A DNA stretch of 64,000 nt from Candidatus Coatesbacteria bacterium (GTDB taxonomy: Bacteria > JAFGND01), in the NCBI GenBank assembly GCA_016927185.1, contig JAFGND010000006.1, positions 1 through 64,000 on the forward strand, read 5' to 3'. This document shows, piece after piece, positions 10,200-19,575 of this stretch. A program made the position numbers and the translations under genes. Under the pieces are notes generated by a model that was not told the origin of the DNA, ran no database searches, and was given only the letters and a program-made list of their open reading frames with translations. Within the stretch, counting starts at the first letter, position 1; each line of letters begins with the position of its first letter.

Positions 10200-10283
10200 A
10201 TTATTTGTACTGTAACAATCAAAGACAAAATGAAATTAAAATCACCAAAGATGACAATCTGTTAAGAAACAAATACTTTAATT

Positions 10284-10368
10284 CGGAGAGGGAGGGATTC
10301 GAACCCTCGGAGAGTTTCCCCTCAGACGCTTAGCAGGCGCCTGCCTTCGGCCGCTCGGCCACCTCTCC
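10284..10368 (-). tRNA. tRNA-Ser (anticodon GCT)
   Basis: Minus strand GGAGAGG...GGCGC-CTGCTAA-GCGTC, long variable arm, GGTTCGAATCC, discriminator G; CCA not encoded. Confidence 0.95.
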
Positions 10369-10383
10369 ATATTAGGAATAAGA

Positions 10384-10466
10384 CGGAGGACGAGGGATTC
10401 GAACCCCCATGAGCAGAAGCTCGGCGGATTTCAAGTCCGCTGCCTTACCGTTAGGACTAGTCCTCC
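10384..10466 (-). tRNA. tRNA-Ser (anticodon TGA)
   Basis: Minus strand GGAGGAC...GCGGA-CTTGAAA-TCCGC, variable arm GAGC-TTCT-GCTC, GGTTCGAATCC; CCA not encoded. Confidence 0.95.
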
Positions 10467-10577
10467 TATTTGTTCTTGTATGCTTTTCTAAGAGCAATCT
10501 TTCCTGTCAATGCTTTTTTGAAAGATGAATATTATCAGGAAAATTAAAATTCACACCATCCTTTATCATGTTATTCC

Positions 10578-12284
10578 TTATTTTTTCAAAGAATCTGACT
10601 TTTTCAAGAATTCCCTGTAATCTTCCTCAAAAACCAATTCATTTGTGTTTTTCTTGTACATGAGAATAATATGAGGTACATTCCACGTTGGATAATACTT
10701 CAGGTTCACTTCATAAGGACCGAACCACTTTAGTATATAATTCTGCCTGTTAGCTTTCACAACTATCCAGTTGACTGTATCCGGATAATAAAGAAGTGAG
10801 TATTGCGCTTTATCAGAGCTTTTTATAAAAACGTTTTCAGGCAGTTTGCCATCACTTTTCTTTATATATTCCCGTAATGATGCTGATACAAAAATGCTTT
10901 TGTGCTGATTCTTCTTTATATAGTTATATGCATCAGCAAACATATCAGATTTATATTTTATTGAAAAAGCAGAAGAATAAAGCCAGTAAATATTAAATGA
11001 CAAAACAGCCAGAATACCCAGAAAAACCAGTATTCTTAATTTTTGGGGGATTCTCTGTGCAATGAAAGAAATACCTAGTGATGACAGGATAACAAGAAAT
11101 GGAAAAATCACCAGTGAATTCCTTATAACCATCACTTTCTGGCATCCGAGATACAGGAAGTAGATTAGAGGGAAAATGAAAATGGTTGTATATAAATACC
11201 TGTCTGCCTTTTCCCTGGATAGTCTGTAAACATTATACAAGCCAGTAAGTGACAGGATAAAAAGAAGTAACGATATATATGAATAGCGGGAAAATGCGGC
11301 TGTTGAGAAAAATACCACTATTCTTGCCATATGATCAAAACCAGGATTCACTGTATGACCAAACCATCCGCTTTTGTAAACATCTTTTGCCCTCAGTATG
11401 CCATAAAGAAATCTTCCCGGATCAAGTATAGTTCCTGGGGTAGATGCAATATAGGATGCAGCAAAAACAAGTATCAGAATAAAAAATCTGTAATAAAGCC
11501 TGTCTATTCTCTTCATTTTGTAAAGAAAATATGTTGCAAGAAGTATGGAAATCAATATCAGTCCCCCAGGATACTTGCTTCCCACAACAAGTCCGCAGGA
11601 TATTGCAGAGAGTTTCAGATAAAGATAAGTCTTGCTTTCCTTCTTGAAGGCAAGGATTATGAAAAGACAGCATAGAGTTATGAATTGCCACATCAAGGCA
11701 TCTGAAACAGCCCATCTTGAATGATAATTGATTTCCCATGAAAATGCATATAATGCTGATGCAATCACAGATTCAAACTGGTTGCCTCTCAGGTAATAAA
11801 CAGCCAGATAAATCCAGACTATGCTCAATGTGGACAAGATTAAAAACAAGGTTCTTATATTCAAAAGAGTTGATTTCTGTGAGGCTTTATAAAAAAGCAG
11901 ATATTGAATTTCCTTAAGCTTGTTTACACTAGTTTTTTTATCAGGAGCATTATTGTCTTGTTCATTGCTTTTTGAAGATTCATACCTTTTTGCAATATAT
12001 GAATTCAGGTAGTACAATCCAGCATTCTGATAAATAGTATAGATAAATGATGGACTGACTGCAACAATTGCAACATTGTACATCATTGAAGGATAATAAT
12101 AAGTTGTTGGTAAAAGCCTGCCTTTATGGATTACATTGTGAATATACTTTGTTGTGAAAGTTTCATCCCAGTGAATTCCATAATCAATTCCCAAAAGACC
12201 GGCATACAATGAAATGCAATATATTACTGATATCGATAGAAGTAATGAAAATTTTCCAGAGGAAAGAAATCTTTTCATATTCAT
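10578..12284 (-). CDS. GT-C fold (PMT/ArnT/GT39-like) polytopic membrane glycosyltransferase
   Basis: HWDE motif after TM1, SRWAVSD, GSKYPG, many TM helices. Start is probably 12284 or 12278, downstream of a TTGACA box. Confidence 0.75.
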   Translation of the reverse strand: MNMKRFLSSGKFSLLLSISVIYCISLYAGLLGIDYGIHWDETFTTKYIHNVIHKGRLLPTTYYYPSMMYNVAIVAVSPSFIYTIYQNAGLYYLNSYIAKRYESSKSNEQDNNAPDKKTSVNKLKEIQYLLFYKASQKSTLLNIRTLFLILSTLSIVWIYLAVYYLRGNQFESVIASALYAFSWEINYHSRWAVSDALMWQFITLCCLFIILAFKKESKTYLYLKLSAISCGLVVGSKYPGGLILISILLATYFLYKMKRIDRLYYRFFILILVFAASYIASTPGTILDPGRFLYGILRAKDVYKSGWFGHTVNPGFDHMARIVVFFSTAAFSRYSYISLLLFILSLTGLYNVYRLSREKADRYLYTTIFIFPLIYFLYLGCQKVMVIRNSLVIFPFLVILSSLGISFIAQRIPQKLRILVFLGILAVLSFNIYWLYSSAFSIKYKSDMFADAYNYIKKNQHKSIFVSASLREYIKKSDGKLPENVFIKSSDKAQYSLLYYPDTVNWIVVKANRQNYILKWFGPYEVNLKYYPTWNVPHIILMYKKNTNELVFEEDYREFLKKSDSLKK

Positions 12285-12325
12285 TTCACTTTCAAATGCA
12301 GTTTGATGCATGAAAACAATAAAAG

Positions 12326-12353
12326 TGTCAAGCAAATTCAAGTTTTCTTGACA
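12326..12353. promoter_or_regulatory. Back-to-back -35 boxes of divergent promoters (GT-C gene / addB)
   Basis: Perfect inverted repeat TGTCAAG-N14-CTTGACA. Confidence 0.55.
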
Positions 12354-12382
12354 AAATCTGCTGATAAAAATGGATAACAATC

Positions 12383-15052
12383 ATGCCCGAAAGCAGAATA
12401 TTGAAATATGATTCTGAAAGCGCTGAAAAAGAAGAGATTTTATACAGGGATATACTTGAAGAACTTCAAAGGACAGATGACCCTGAGAACATCGTATTTC
12501 TGACAAGCAGCAATATCAGGAAAAAAAGGCTTCTGTCATTTCTTTTCAGGAATAATTACTCATTTTCACCACTTATAGTAACTCGTCTGACTCCGTATCT
12601 AGTTCACCAGCTGAACATTACCGATCCAATCTTGAATCCCTTCCAGACTAAATTCCTTCTCTATTCATTATCATCTTCATACAAGAAAGACATTACAGAT
12701 CTGCAGCTGATAAGCCTTGCAGAAATCTGGTTAATGCTTCTATCTCAGACTGACAGACCGGTAAAGTTTAAAGACAAATCTTTCCCTTGCAGATATAGAG
12801 AGGTTCCTTTAATAATAACTGAAGACATGGTTACACATGATTGCATTTACAATGTATTCGAGATACTTTCAGATCTGTCTGAAATCCAGTCCGTTAGCTA
12901 TCTTGATATAATAAGAAATACTGCTTCCGGTCTTCCAGAAGAATCTCTCTGGTTCTGTGATACTTTCAGCACATTATCTTCATATCTCAGTAAACTGCTT
13001 CGGATAATTTCCAATAATGTAATGAAGTTTTCATATTACACTCCTTTTAAAGAAAATTCTCTTGAATGCAGGAATTGTATCAGTATGCCAACTTCAAGGA
13101 GAATAACACAGAACCTTTATTTCAGGGACTTCTTGACTCCTGCAGAGGAAATAAATCATGCAAAGGATATTCTCAGCACTCTCGATATGCAAGAAACGAT
13201 TATTGTGGCAAGCGATATTGAAGTATACCTTCCCTATCTCAGGCTTATGGGTGAGATAGAGGTTTACAAGGGAAATGAGCTCTCGCAGTTCTGGCCTTTC
13301 TGGAATATACTTGGTAATGATGCAACTATAAAGGATTTGAAAATCTTTATTGATTTTCCATCATGGGAAATCCTTGATAATACTGAAAAGCATGAACTGA
13401 AGACAGAAATCAAGAAAAAACTTCAGAGGGAACCTGTTCTAAATTTCCTTGAAAGATTCACTTCTGGAAGTCTGCATGAAATATCAGTCTTAAGAGAAGC
13501 AACTGGAATCGAACTAATAAATGGCATTATATGCTTTTTCGAGAAGTACTTCAGACCGAAAATAGAGAAAGAATATGATAGTTATATGATACTCAGGAAA
13601 AAGCTCAATGATTTGCTGGATAAAAGACTCCTTGAAAATCTGGATAATCTTGATGTGGTTATGCTGCCAGTTTTGGCAGAAGAAGAGAAAGATAACAGCG
13701 ACATCGCCAGAATTGCAGGAATCCCTGTATATTCTATGGAAGATGCCTTGAACCTTAATGCAGAGAATCTTATCTTTCTTGGTGCATCAGTAGAGCTTTT
13801 TCCCAAGACCCAGAAGAGCATTCCCTACGCAAAGGATGAACTCCTTAACTTACTGGGAATGAGCAATTCAAGAAAAAGCATTGAAATACAAGTCAGTACA
13901 TTTGAAAACTTGATTAGAGGATACAGGAACGTATATTTTTCCTGTTTCAAATGTGATCTTTCAGGCAATCATTTCCTGAAATCACCATTACTGCAGGGGA
14001 TGGACTTGAAAAAAGCGGATCCCGTGATCTTCAGTCTCAACAGGAATTCAAGCAGAAATCCTGAAAGAGCGTTGAAACTGAAGAATATTGACATCAAGAG
14101 AAAAAGCAATAAGGATGATAATATAAACTTGTGGAATGATTTCATAAAAACTGATGAACTGAAAACCGATATGGATCTTAATATTGCAAGATGGTCAACA
14201 ATGATATCTCCGACAAGTCTGGAAAGATACGCAAATTGCCCTTACAAGTTCTTTCTTTATGACCTGATCAAATTGCATGAACCCATGCAGGATGAGGAGG
14301 AATGGGATAAAAGATCAGAAGGGATATTGATACATGAAGTTTTAAGAATCTTCTATGAGAAGTTTATAAACAGGAAAATTTCATCAATTGAAGAGAAAGA
14401 CTGGCAGGGATTAAGAAGGATTTTTGAATCAGAAATTAGTAAATTGAATATGGAACCAATACAGCAGAGAATACTTGAAAAGCAATGGTTACATGAAAAC
14501 TCTCTACTAGACCAGTTCATAATGATAGAGAAAGCATATAAGCCTGAAAGAATAGTATTTGCTCTTGAGAGAGAAGTAGAATACACAATGGAAGCGGATC
14601 AAAGCGACAAAGTGACTTTGAAAGGGAAAATTGACAGGATTGATATGATAAATGAGCAAAACTTCATAATATTTGACTACAAGACTGGAAAGACAAAGAC
14701 TGACAGAATAAGCAAGAAAATTAAAAATAACGAATTTCTGCAAATCCCAGCCTATTCCTATATTTTTGAAAAAACCGCTAAGAACAGCAATATCATTGAT
14801 TCTTATATTTACAGCCTGTCAGAAAAAGCATTTCTGTTCAATATTTCCAGAATCATCTCTGATTGCATTGTAAATAATGAAAATGAAACAATTTCCTCTC
14901 CCAGTAAATATTTCGAGTATGCATTCAGGATTATTTATGATGATATAAAGAGCAGGAAATTCAAGCCAGTAAAAGGCAAGCATGAAAACAGAAGCTGCGG
15001 ATATTGTTCATATAGTCCGGTATGTCCATATTTCAAGGATACAGGATATTAA
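12383..15052 (+). CDS. addB: AddB/RexB-like subunit with a C-terminal PD-(D/E)XK nuclease and Fe-S cysteines
   Basis: SPTSLERYANCPYKF, GILIHEVL, GKIDRID, FDYKTG, QIPAY and CGYCSYSPVC motifs; degenerate N-terminal helicase-like region; adjacent to addA. Confidence 0.8.
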   Translation: MPESRILKYDSESAEKEEILYRDILEELQRTDDPENIVFLTSSNIRKKRLLSFLFRNNYSFSPLIVTRLTPYLVHQLNITDPILNPFQTKFLLYSLSSSYKKDITDLQLISLAEIWLMLLSQTDRPVKFKDKSFPCRYREVPLIITEDMVTHDCIYNVFEILSDLSEIQSVSYLDIIRNTASGLPEESLWFCDTFSTLSSYLSKLLRIISNNVMKFSYYTPFKENSLECRNCISMPTSRRITQNLYFRDFLTPAEEINHAKDILSTLDMQETIIVASDIEVYLPYLRLMGEIEVYKGNELSQFWPFWNILGNDATIKDLKIFIDFPSWEILDNTEKHELKTEIKKKLQREPVLNFLERFTSGSLHEISVLREATGIELINGIICFFEKYFRPKIEKEYDSYMILRKKLNDLLDKRLLENLDNLDVVMLPVLAEEEKDNSDIARIAGIPVYSMEDALNLNAENLIFLGASVELFPKTQKSIPYAKDELLNLLGMSNSRKSIEIQVSTFENLIRGYRNVYFSCFKCDLSGNHFLKSPLLQGMDLKKADPVIFSLNRNSSRNPERALKLKNIDIKRKSNKDDNINLWNDFIKTDELKTDMDLNIARWSTMISPTSLERYANCPYKFFLYDLIKLHEPMQDEEEWDKRSEGILIHEVLRIFYEKFINRKISSIEEKDWQGLRRIFESEISKLNMEPIQQRILEKQWLHENSLLDQFIMIEKAYKPERIVFALEREVEYTMEADQSDKVTLKGKIDRIDMINEQNFIIFDYKTGKTKTDRISKKIKNNEFLQIPAYSYIFEKTAKNSNIIDSYIYSLSEKAFLFNISRIISDCIVNNENETISSPSKYFEYAFRIIYDDIKSRKFKPVKGKHENRSCGYCSYSPVCPYFKDTGY

Positions 15053-15054
15053 AA

Positions 15055-18000
15055 ATGAAAATACCCCCAGCTGAATTTTTTGAAAGCCTTGTTCTAAACG
15101 GTAGTAATTTCCGGAAACCTTCTGAAGTCTCTGATTCTGATTGGCAGAACCTTATTACTGAGACAAAACTGGACAGATACCAGGCAAAAGCTGTCCTGTT
15201 CGATCAGGAAAAACAGGCTTCCTCAAAAATAGTTCTAAATGCTTCAGCAGGATCAGGAAAAACGAGAGTCTTGACACTCCGAATCCTGAAGCTCCTTTTT
15301 GATGGATATGATATTAATAACGTAGTAGCAATAACCTTTACCAGAAAAGCAACAAGTGAAATGAAAAGCAGGTTATTGTATTATCTTTACCTTTTTGAAA
15401 AGGTTTTTGAAAACTGGAAACCGAATTGGCTTGTACTTGATAAATATCCCATCTGCAATTATTTCTTGAGCAAGGTCGAGAAAAATATCTGGCAAAGTTC
15501 CCTTCAAATCCATACAATAGATTCATTCATAATAAGTCTGCTAAGGAAAAATCCTATACCAGTAAACCTTTTATATAATTTCGAGATAGCAGATTCACTT
15601 GAAAAAAACGAAAGAATGAAAAATGTTATCACCAAAGTCATGCAGGAAGTTGAAAACCAGAACCCATCAATATTCTATTGCGGACTGGATCTTTTCAATA
15701 ATCTTGATGAATTCTACTCATCCATAATAAGGTTGATTGATGACAAGGATATTTCTTTCAAGTATTTCATGAGAGCATATGTTAATAATTGTGATGTTCA
15801 GCAATCCCTTAACAATGATTATTTGATGAAAAAGATTGTATCTTTCCAGAAACTTATCCCTTCAATACTGGACAAAGTTGATAAATATGAAACTGAAATC
15901 CTCCTTGAAAAACTCCTTCTTCCTGTTGATACAGATAATATACTGCCATTATGGCTTGAAAAAAAGACCAGGGAAACTTTTGCAATAAAAAAACGAAAGA
16001 AAATCAATCCAGTTGATGATCTTGTAACTTGTTATATGGAAATTCTGCCTTCTCTGGAATTATTCTGGAATAATAAAAGAAAGGAAATAGAGAACTGCTT
16101 TTGCCAATTATGGGAAATCAATTTCAGATTCTGGAATGAATACAAGAATTATCTTGGTTTCTCATACCTTGGAGATTTTGAAAGAATAGACAGTCTTTTC
16201 AAAATAGACAACAAACCATTTGATTTCTGTCATCTACTGATAGACGAATTCCAGGATACTGATATCCTGCAATGGGAGATAGTTGAGCAGATAACGAGAG
16301 AATGGTTTGCAGGAGAGGGATTCTATCAATCACAAGGAAAGCATCCAAGTCTTCTTGTTGTAGGAGATCCTATGCAGAGTATTTTCAGATTCAGAGGAGG
16401 AGATGGCCGGATAATTAGTAATCTTCTCGGTGAGGGCACAGACTGGAAAGGATATCCCCTGAAAATAAACTATAGAAGCGGATGCAATATTATAAAAAGC
16501 ATAAATGAATCATTTCCAAAACTGGATATAGAAGCCGCAAGAACTGGAGGAAAAGTCAAGAAATACTTAATAGAAGAAAATAAACTGGAAGACATCAAAA
16601 AACTGCTAGTTAATCTCCTGTTTTCAAGGCATAAAAGCAATAAAGGAGAATATGACTGGAAGGATATAGCTATCCTGTTCAGATCCAACAGGTATATAGA
16701 CAGTTTTGCAAAAGAACTTGATAAAAACGGAATACCTGCCTGGTCTTCCTCCACCAGAAACCTGTTTGATAAGGACTATGTAAAGCTTATAACTGCTATC
16801 ATAAACTGGCTGGATCAACCTGACAATTCCATATTATTGATCTATCTACTCATGCTTGATGACACTATTTCAAGTGATGATGCTATCTTGCTTACAAAAG
16901 ACTTTAATGGATCTGGATATCCTTCTCTCTATTCCTATCTTTCAGAAAGTGGCAATAATAAAATCCGAGAAAGCAAATTATGGAAAATGCTGAAAAATTC
17001 AATTGAAATAAGAAACTCCTTCTCGCCATGGTTTACCATCAAGAACATACTTAAGGAACTTGAATTACAGATCATCATAGAGAATTCAGGAAGCAAGAAT
17101 GACCTGTTTGAATATCAAATGATAATCAGTACTGTTGAAAACTTATCTTTTCAAACAGATAATTTTGTAGAATTTACAGCAAAATGGAATGAAACTGTTA
17201 GCTCCAGAGCGGATTTCATTATACCATCAGAAGAGAACAAGGAAGAAAAGGACTATGTTACATTGAGTTCAATACATAAAGCCAAGGGACTTGAATGGAA
17301 ACTTGTTATACTGCCTTATGATTTCAATACAATCAGGATAAATCCCCCGAAATTACCGGTTTATGATGACAGGACATCAAAGCTCTTCTTTGATCTGGGG
17401 AAACTGAATAATGTCTTGTATGAAGAATTCGAAAGTTTCACGGAAGAATTCAAGGAACAGACAAAAGAAGAAGAGAAGAGAATTTTTTATGTAGCTGCAA
17501 CAAGAGCTAAGGATGAGCTTGTGATATTTGGAACAGAGAAGGAAAATTTTTCATGGAGTACATGGCTGAAGAATATTGAAACAGAAACCCCTTCTGAATT
17601 AATCGAAAAACAATACTATAATCCTTTGAGAAAGGAAGTTGACTGGGACAAAATAGTGGAAAGAAATCCAAAATCAGAACTCCTTGAGATAAACATACTG
17701 GATAAGGAAATCAACTATATTCAGAAGACAAAGGGTACTGTCATCCATGAGTTTCTTCGATATTTGTCAGGCAATGAACAATGCAGACAAAAACCTGATT
17801 TCAAGAAATTCATGTATCATATAGAAAACAATTTCCTTCTTAATGAGTTTGATTACAGTGAGTGCTGGGAAGAAGCAGTCAAGATCTTTAACGGCAAGCA
17901 TGGCTATCTTATAAAAAGCAAGGGAGAGACTGAGTTCTCGGTAATTCTTGATGAAAAGGGTAATATAGGAAGAATTGATAAAATGATAAAATATGATGAT

Positions 18001-18189
18001 AGAGTATTAATACTTGATTACAAATCAGACAAAGTCAAGGACAGAAATTATCTCAAAAAGCATTTCATGGATAATTATGCGAAGACAATGAATAACTATA
18101 TAAATGCGGTAAAAGTTATTTACAAGGACTATGATATCGAAGCAAAATGGCTCAGTACTTTTTATGAAGAATTGATTACTAAGGATTAA
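15055..18189 (+). CDS. addA: AddA/RexA-like UvrD helicase-nuclease
   Basis: ASAGSGKT, ITFTRKA, IDEFQD, VGDPMQSIFRFRG, NYRS, SIHKAKGLE, YVAATRA; C-terminal nuclease GRID...LDYKS. Confidence 0.88.
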   Translation: MKIPPAEFFESLVLNGSNFRKPSEVSDSDWQNLITETKLDRYQAKAVLFDQEKQASSKIVLNASAGSGKTRVLTLRILKLLFDGYDINNVVAITFTRKATSEMKSRLLYYLYLFEKVFENWKPNWLVLDKYPICNYFLSKVEKNIWQSSLQIHTIDSFIISLLRKNPIPVNLLYNFEIADSLEKNERMKNVITKVMQEVENQNPSIFYCGLDLFNNLDEFYSSIIRLIDDKDISFKYFMRAYVNNCDVQQSLNNDYLMKKIVSFQKLIPSILDKVDKYETEILLEKLLLPVDTDNILPLWLEKKTRETFAIKKRKKINPVDDLVTCYMEILPSLELFWNNKRKEIENCFCQLWEINFRFWNEYKNYLGFSYLGDFERIDSLFKIDNKPFDFCHLLIDEFQDTDILQWEIVEQITREWFAGEGFYQSQGKHPSLLVVGDPMQSIFRFRGGDGRIISNLLGEGTDWKGYPLKINYRSGCNIIKSINESFPKLDIEAARTGGKVKKYLIEENKLEDIKKLLVNLLFSRHKSNKGEYDWKDIAILFRSNRYIDSFAKELDKNGIPAWSSSTRNLFDKDYVKLITAIINWLDQPDNSILLIYLLMLDDTISSDDAILLTKDFNGSGYPSLYSYLSESGNNKIRESKLWKMLKNSIEIRNSFSPWFTIKNILKELELQIIIENSGSKNDLFEYQMIISTVENLSFQTDNFVEFTAKWNETVSSRADFIIPSEENKEEKDYVTLSSIHKAKGLEWKLVILPYDFNTIRINPPKLPVYDDRTSKLFFDLGKLNNVLYEEFESFTEEFKEQTKEEEKRIFYVAATRAKDELVIFGTEKENFSWSTWLKNIETETPSELIEKQYYNPLRKEVDWDKIVERNPKSELLEINILDKEINYIQKTKGTVIHEFLRYLSGNEQCRQKPDFKKFMYHIENNFLLNEFDYSECWEEAVKIFNGKHGYLIKSKGETEFSVILDEKGNIGRIDKMIKYDDRVLILDYKSDKVKDRNYLKKHFMDNYAKTMNNYINAVKVIYKDYDIEAKWLSTFYEELITKD

Positions 18190-19073
18190 CGAAGCATTTT
18201 CTTCAATTCGCTCAATCCTTCATCCCTGAGATTTGGATTATCATTTTCTATACCATGAAGTATTTTCTTGATTGGAATGATAAAAATGAAGAATTTCCAG
18301 ACTCTTCTTAGAAGCTCATCCCTTTCTCTGGATTCATATTTCTGAATAAGCTCCACAGTGAATTTCTTGTCTATCAGATAGAAATATGCAAAATCCAGGG
18401 CAGGATCTGAAAGAGACATGTATCTGAAGTTAGTTATGCTTGTTAATCTGTTATCTGAAATCATCATTTTATCTATATCCAGGTCTCCATGAATCAGTGC
18501 TAATACATCTTCCCTTGAATCCGCACCCTTGAGATATTCGGTAAAAATATTCTTGAATTTCAGACCAGTTTGTGGATCCATAAAAGCTAAAATCTTAGTC
18601 TTGATGGAATCATAAAATTTTCTCCAGAATACTTTGCCATGCTTCTCAGGAATGTTATACATCCTTGCTTGTGGTACAGAAAATGAATGGAGAGCTGAAA
18701 GGAATCCTGCAAGCTGTTCAGTAAAAGAAATCCTGAGCTCACTGCCAATTATTCTCTTGAAATCCTTCAAAGTACAGATATCTCCCAGCTGCAGAGGAGA
18801 TCCCTGGAATTGTTTGTCCCATGTATTGCTTTCTGGAGGAAACCAGCTTGGGAAAGGTAGTGAAACAGGCAAGGTTGGTATGATCTCAGGTAAAAAATTG
18901 TTTTCCCTTACTAGTGCAGCAGCTGCCAACTTGTTCTTTGGAAACCTGAAGACCCATTCTCCATCAACCAGGATATTTTCATAATCCCAATCTGAAGGAA
19001 GTGGAGTAAATCCATGTTTCGCAAGATGAGGAAACTCTATCTGTATCTGTTTCTGTAATTTATTGTAATCCAT
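18186..19073 (-). CDS. Aminoglycoside phosphotransferase (APH)-fold protein with degenerate metal-binding motifs
   Basis: WVFRFPK...RE, FLSALHS, LIHGDL and SDPALDFA motifs; the canonical N and DF positions are replaced by K and NF. Confidence 0.75.
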   Translation of the reverse strand: MDYNKLQKQIQIEFPHLAKHGFTPLPSDWDYENILVDGEWVFRFPKNKLAAAALVRENNFLPEIIPTLPVSLPFPSWFPPESNTWDKQFQGSPLQLGDICTLKDFKRIIGSELRISFTEQLAGFLSALHSFSVPQARMYNIPEKHGKVFWRKFYDSIKTKILAFMDPQTGLKFKNIFTEYLKGADSREDVLALIHGDLDIDKMMISDNRLTSITNFRYMSLSDPALDFAYFYLIDKKFTVELIQKYESRERDELLRRVWKFFIFIIPIKKILHGIENDNPNLRDEGLSELKKMLR

Positions 19074-19119
19074 TTCCAAGCAGAAGTTCTAAATTCATTA
19101 AATAAATTGCAACCATTTT

Positions 19120-19566
19120 TTATAACATTCCTGCAGCAATTATCCCGAAAACCATTGTGAATACTGCAAAACCTTCAACCATAGCTATCGGTACCCAGGA
19201 TTTTCCATAAATTTCTGATTTTATTGCACTTTCCTTTATACCTGTTGCACAAGCTATTCCTTGATAAATGGCAGATGTCATTATTGCAAGTCCGCACAGA
19301 ACGCCAATACCGAACAATCCAGCTGCTGTTTCAGGATTAGTTATTTTTCCCTTCAGTATAAACATCAATACTATTCCGTATATTGTCTGTGAAGAAGGAG
19401 CTGCACTCATTCCTATCAATTTACCATGACCTTCATCCACTAATTTCATGGCTCCGTGCAACGAATTTCCTGCAACTCCACAACCAATGCTACTACCAAT
19501 TGCACCTAAAGCCATAGGAGCTACAGTACCTGCCAGTTGCAAAAACTTTACTCCTACTGTATCCAT
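19120..19566 (-). CDS. atpK: V/A-type ATPase subunit K (4-TM proteolipid)
   Basis: GSSIGCGVAG, PSSQTIYG, SAIYQG and MVEGFAVF motifs; strong SD AGGAGG. Confidence 0.92.
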   Translation of the reverse strand: MDTVGVKFLQLAGTVAPMALGAIGSSIGCGVAGNSLHGAMKLVDEGHGKLIGMSAAPSSQTIYGIVLMFILKGKITNPETAAGLFGIGVLCGLAIMTSAIYQGIACATGIKESAIKSEIYGKSWVPIAMVEGFAVFTMVFGIIAAGML

Positions 19567-19575
19567 ATACCCTCC

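Noticed and set aside
10384..10466. Possible tRNA-Sec or suppressor tRNA
   Set aside because: The anticodon on the coding strand is TGA (reads UCA, Ser), not TCA; the acceptor stem is 7 bp and the arms are ordinary Ser-type.
10200..10580. tRNA pair as the integration site of a genomic island
   Set aside because: No integrase and no duplicated tRNA 3' end noticed in the window; the flanking genes look native.
12383..18189. Helicase-nuclease pair as a novel defence system or Cas4-linked locus
   Set aside because: Order and motifs fit AddB-AddA; the Cas4-like Fe-S nuclease is the normal AddB C-terminus; no cas genes or array are present.
18186..19073. Functional aminoglycoside or macrolide resistance gene
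   Set aside because: The metal-binding residues are substituted and there is no mobile context.
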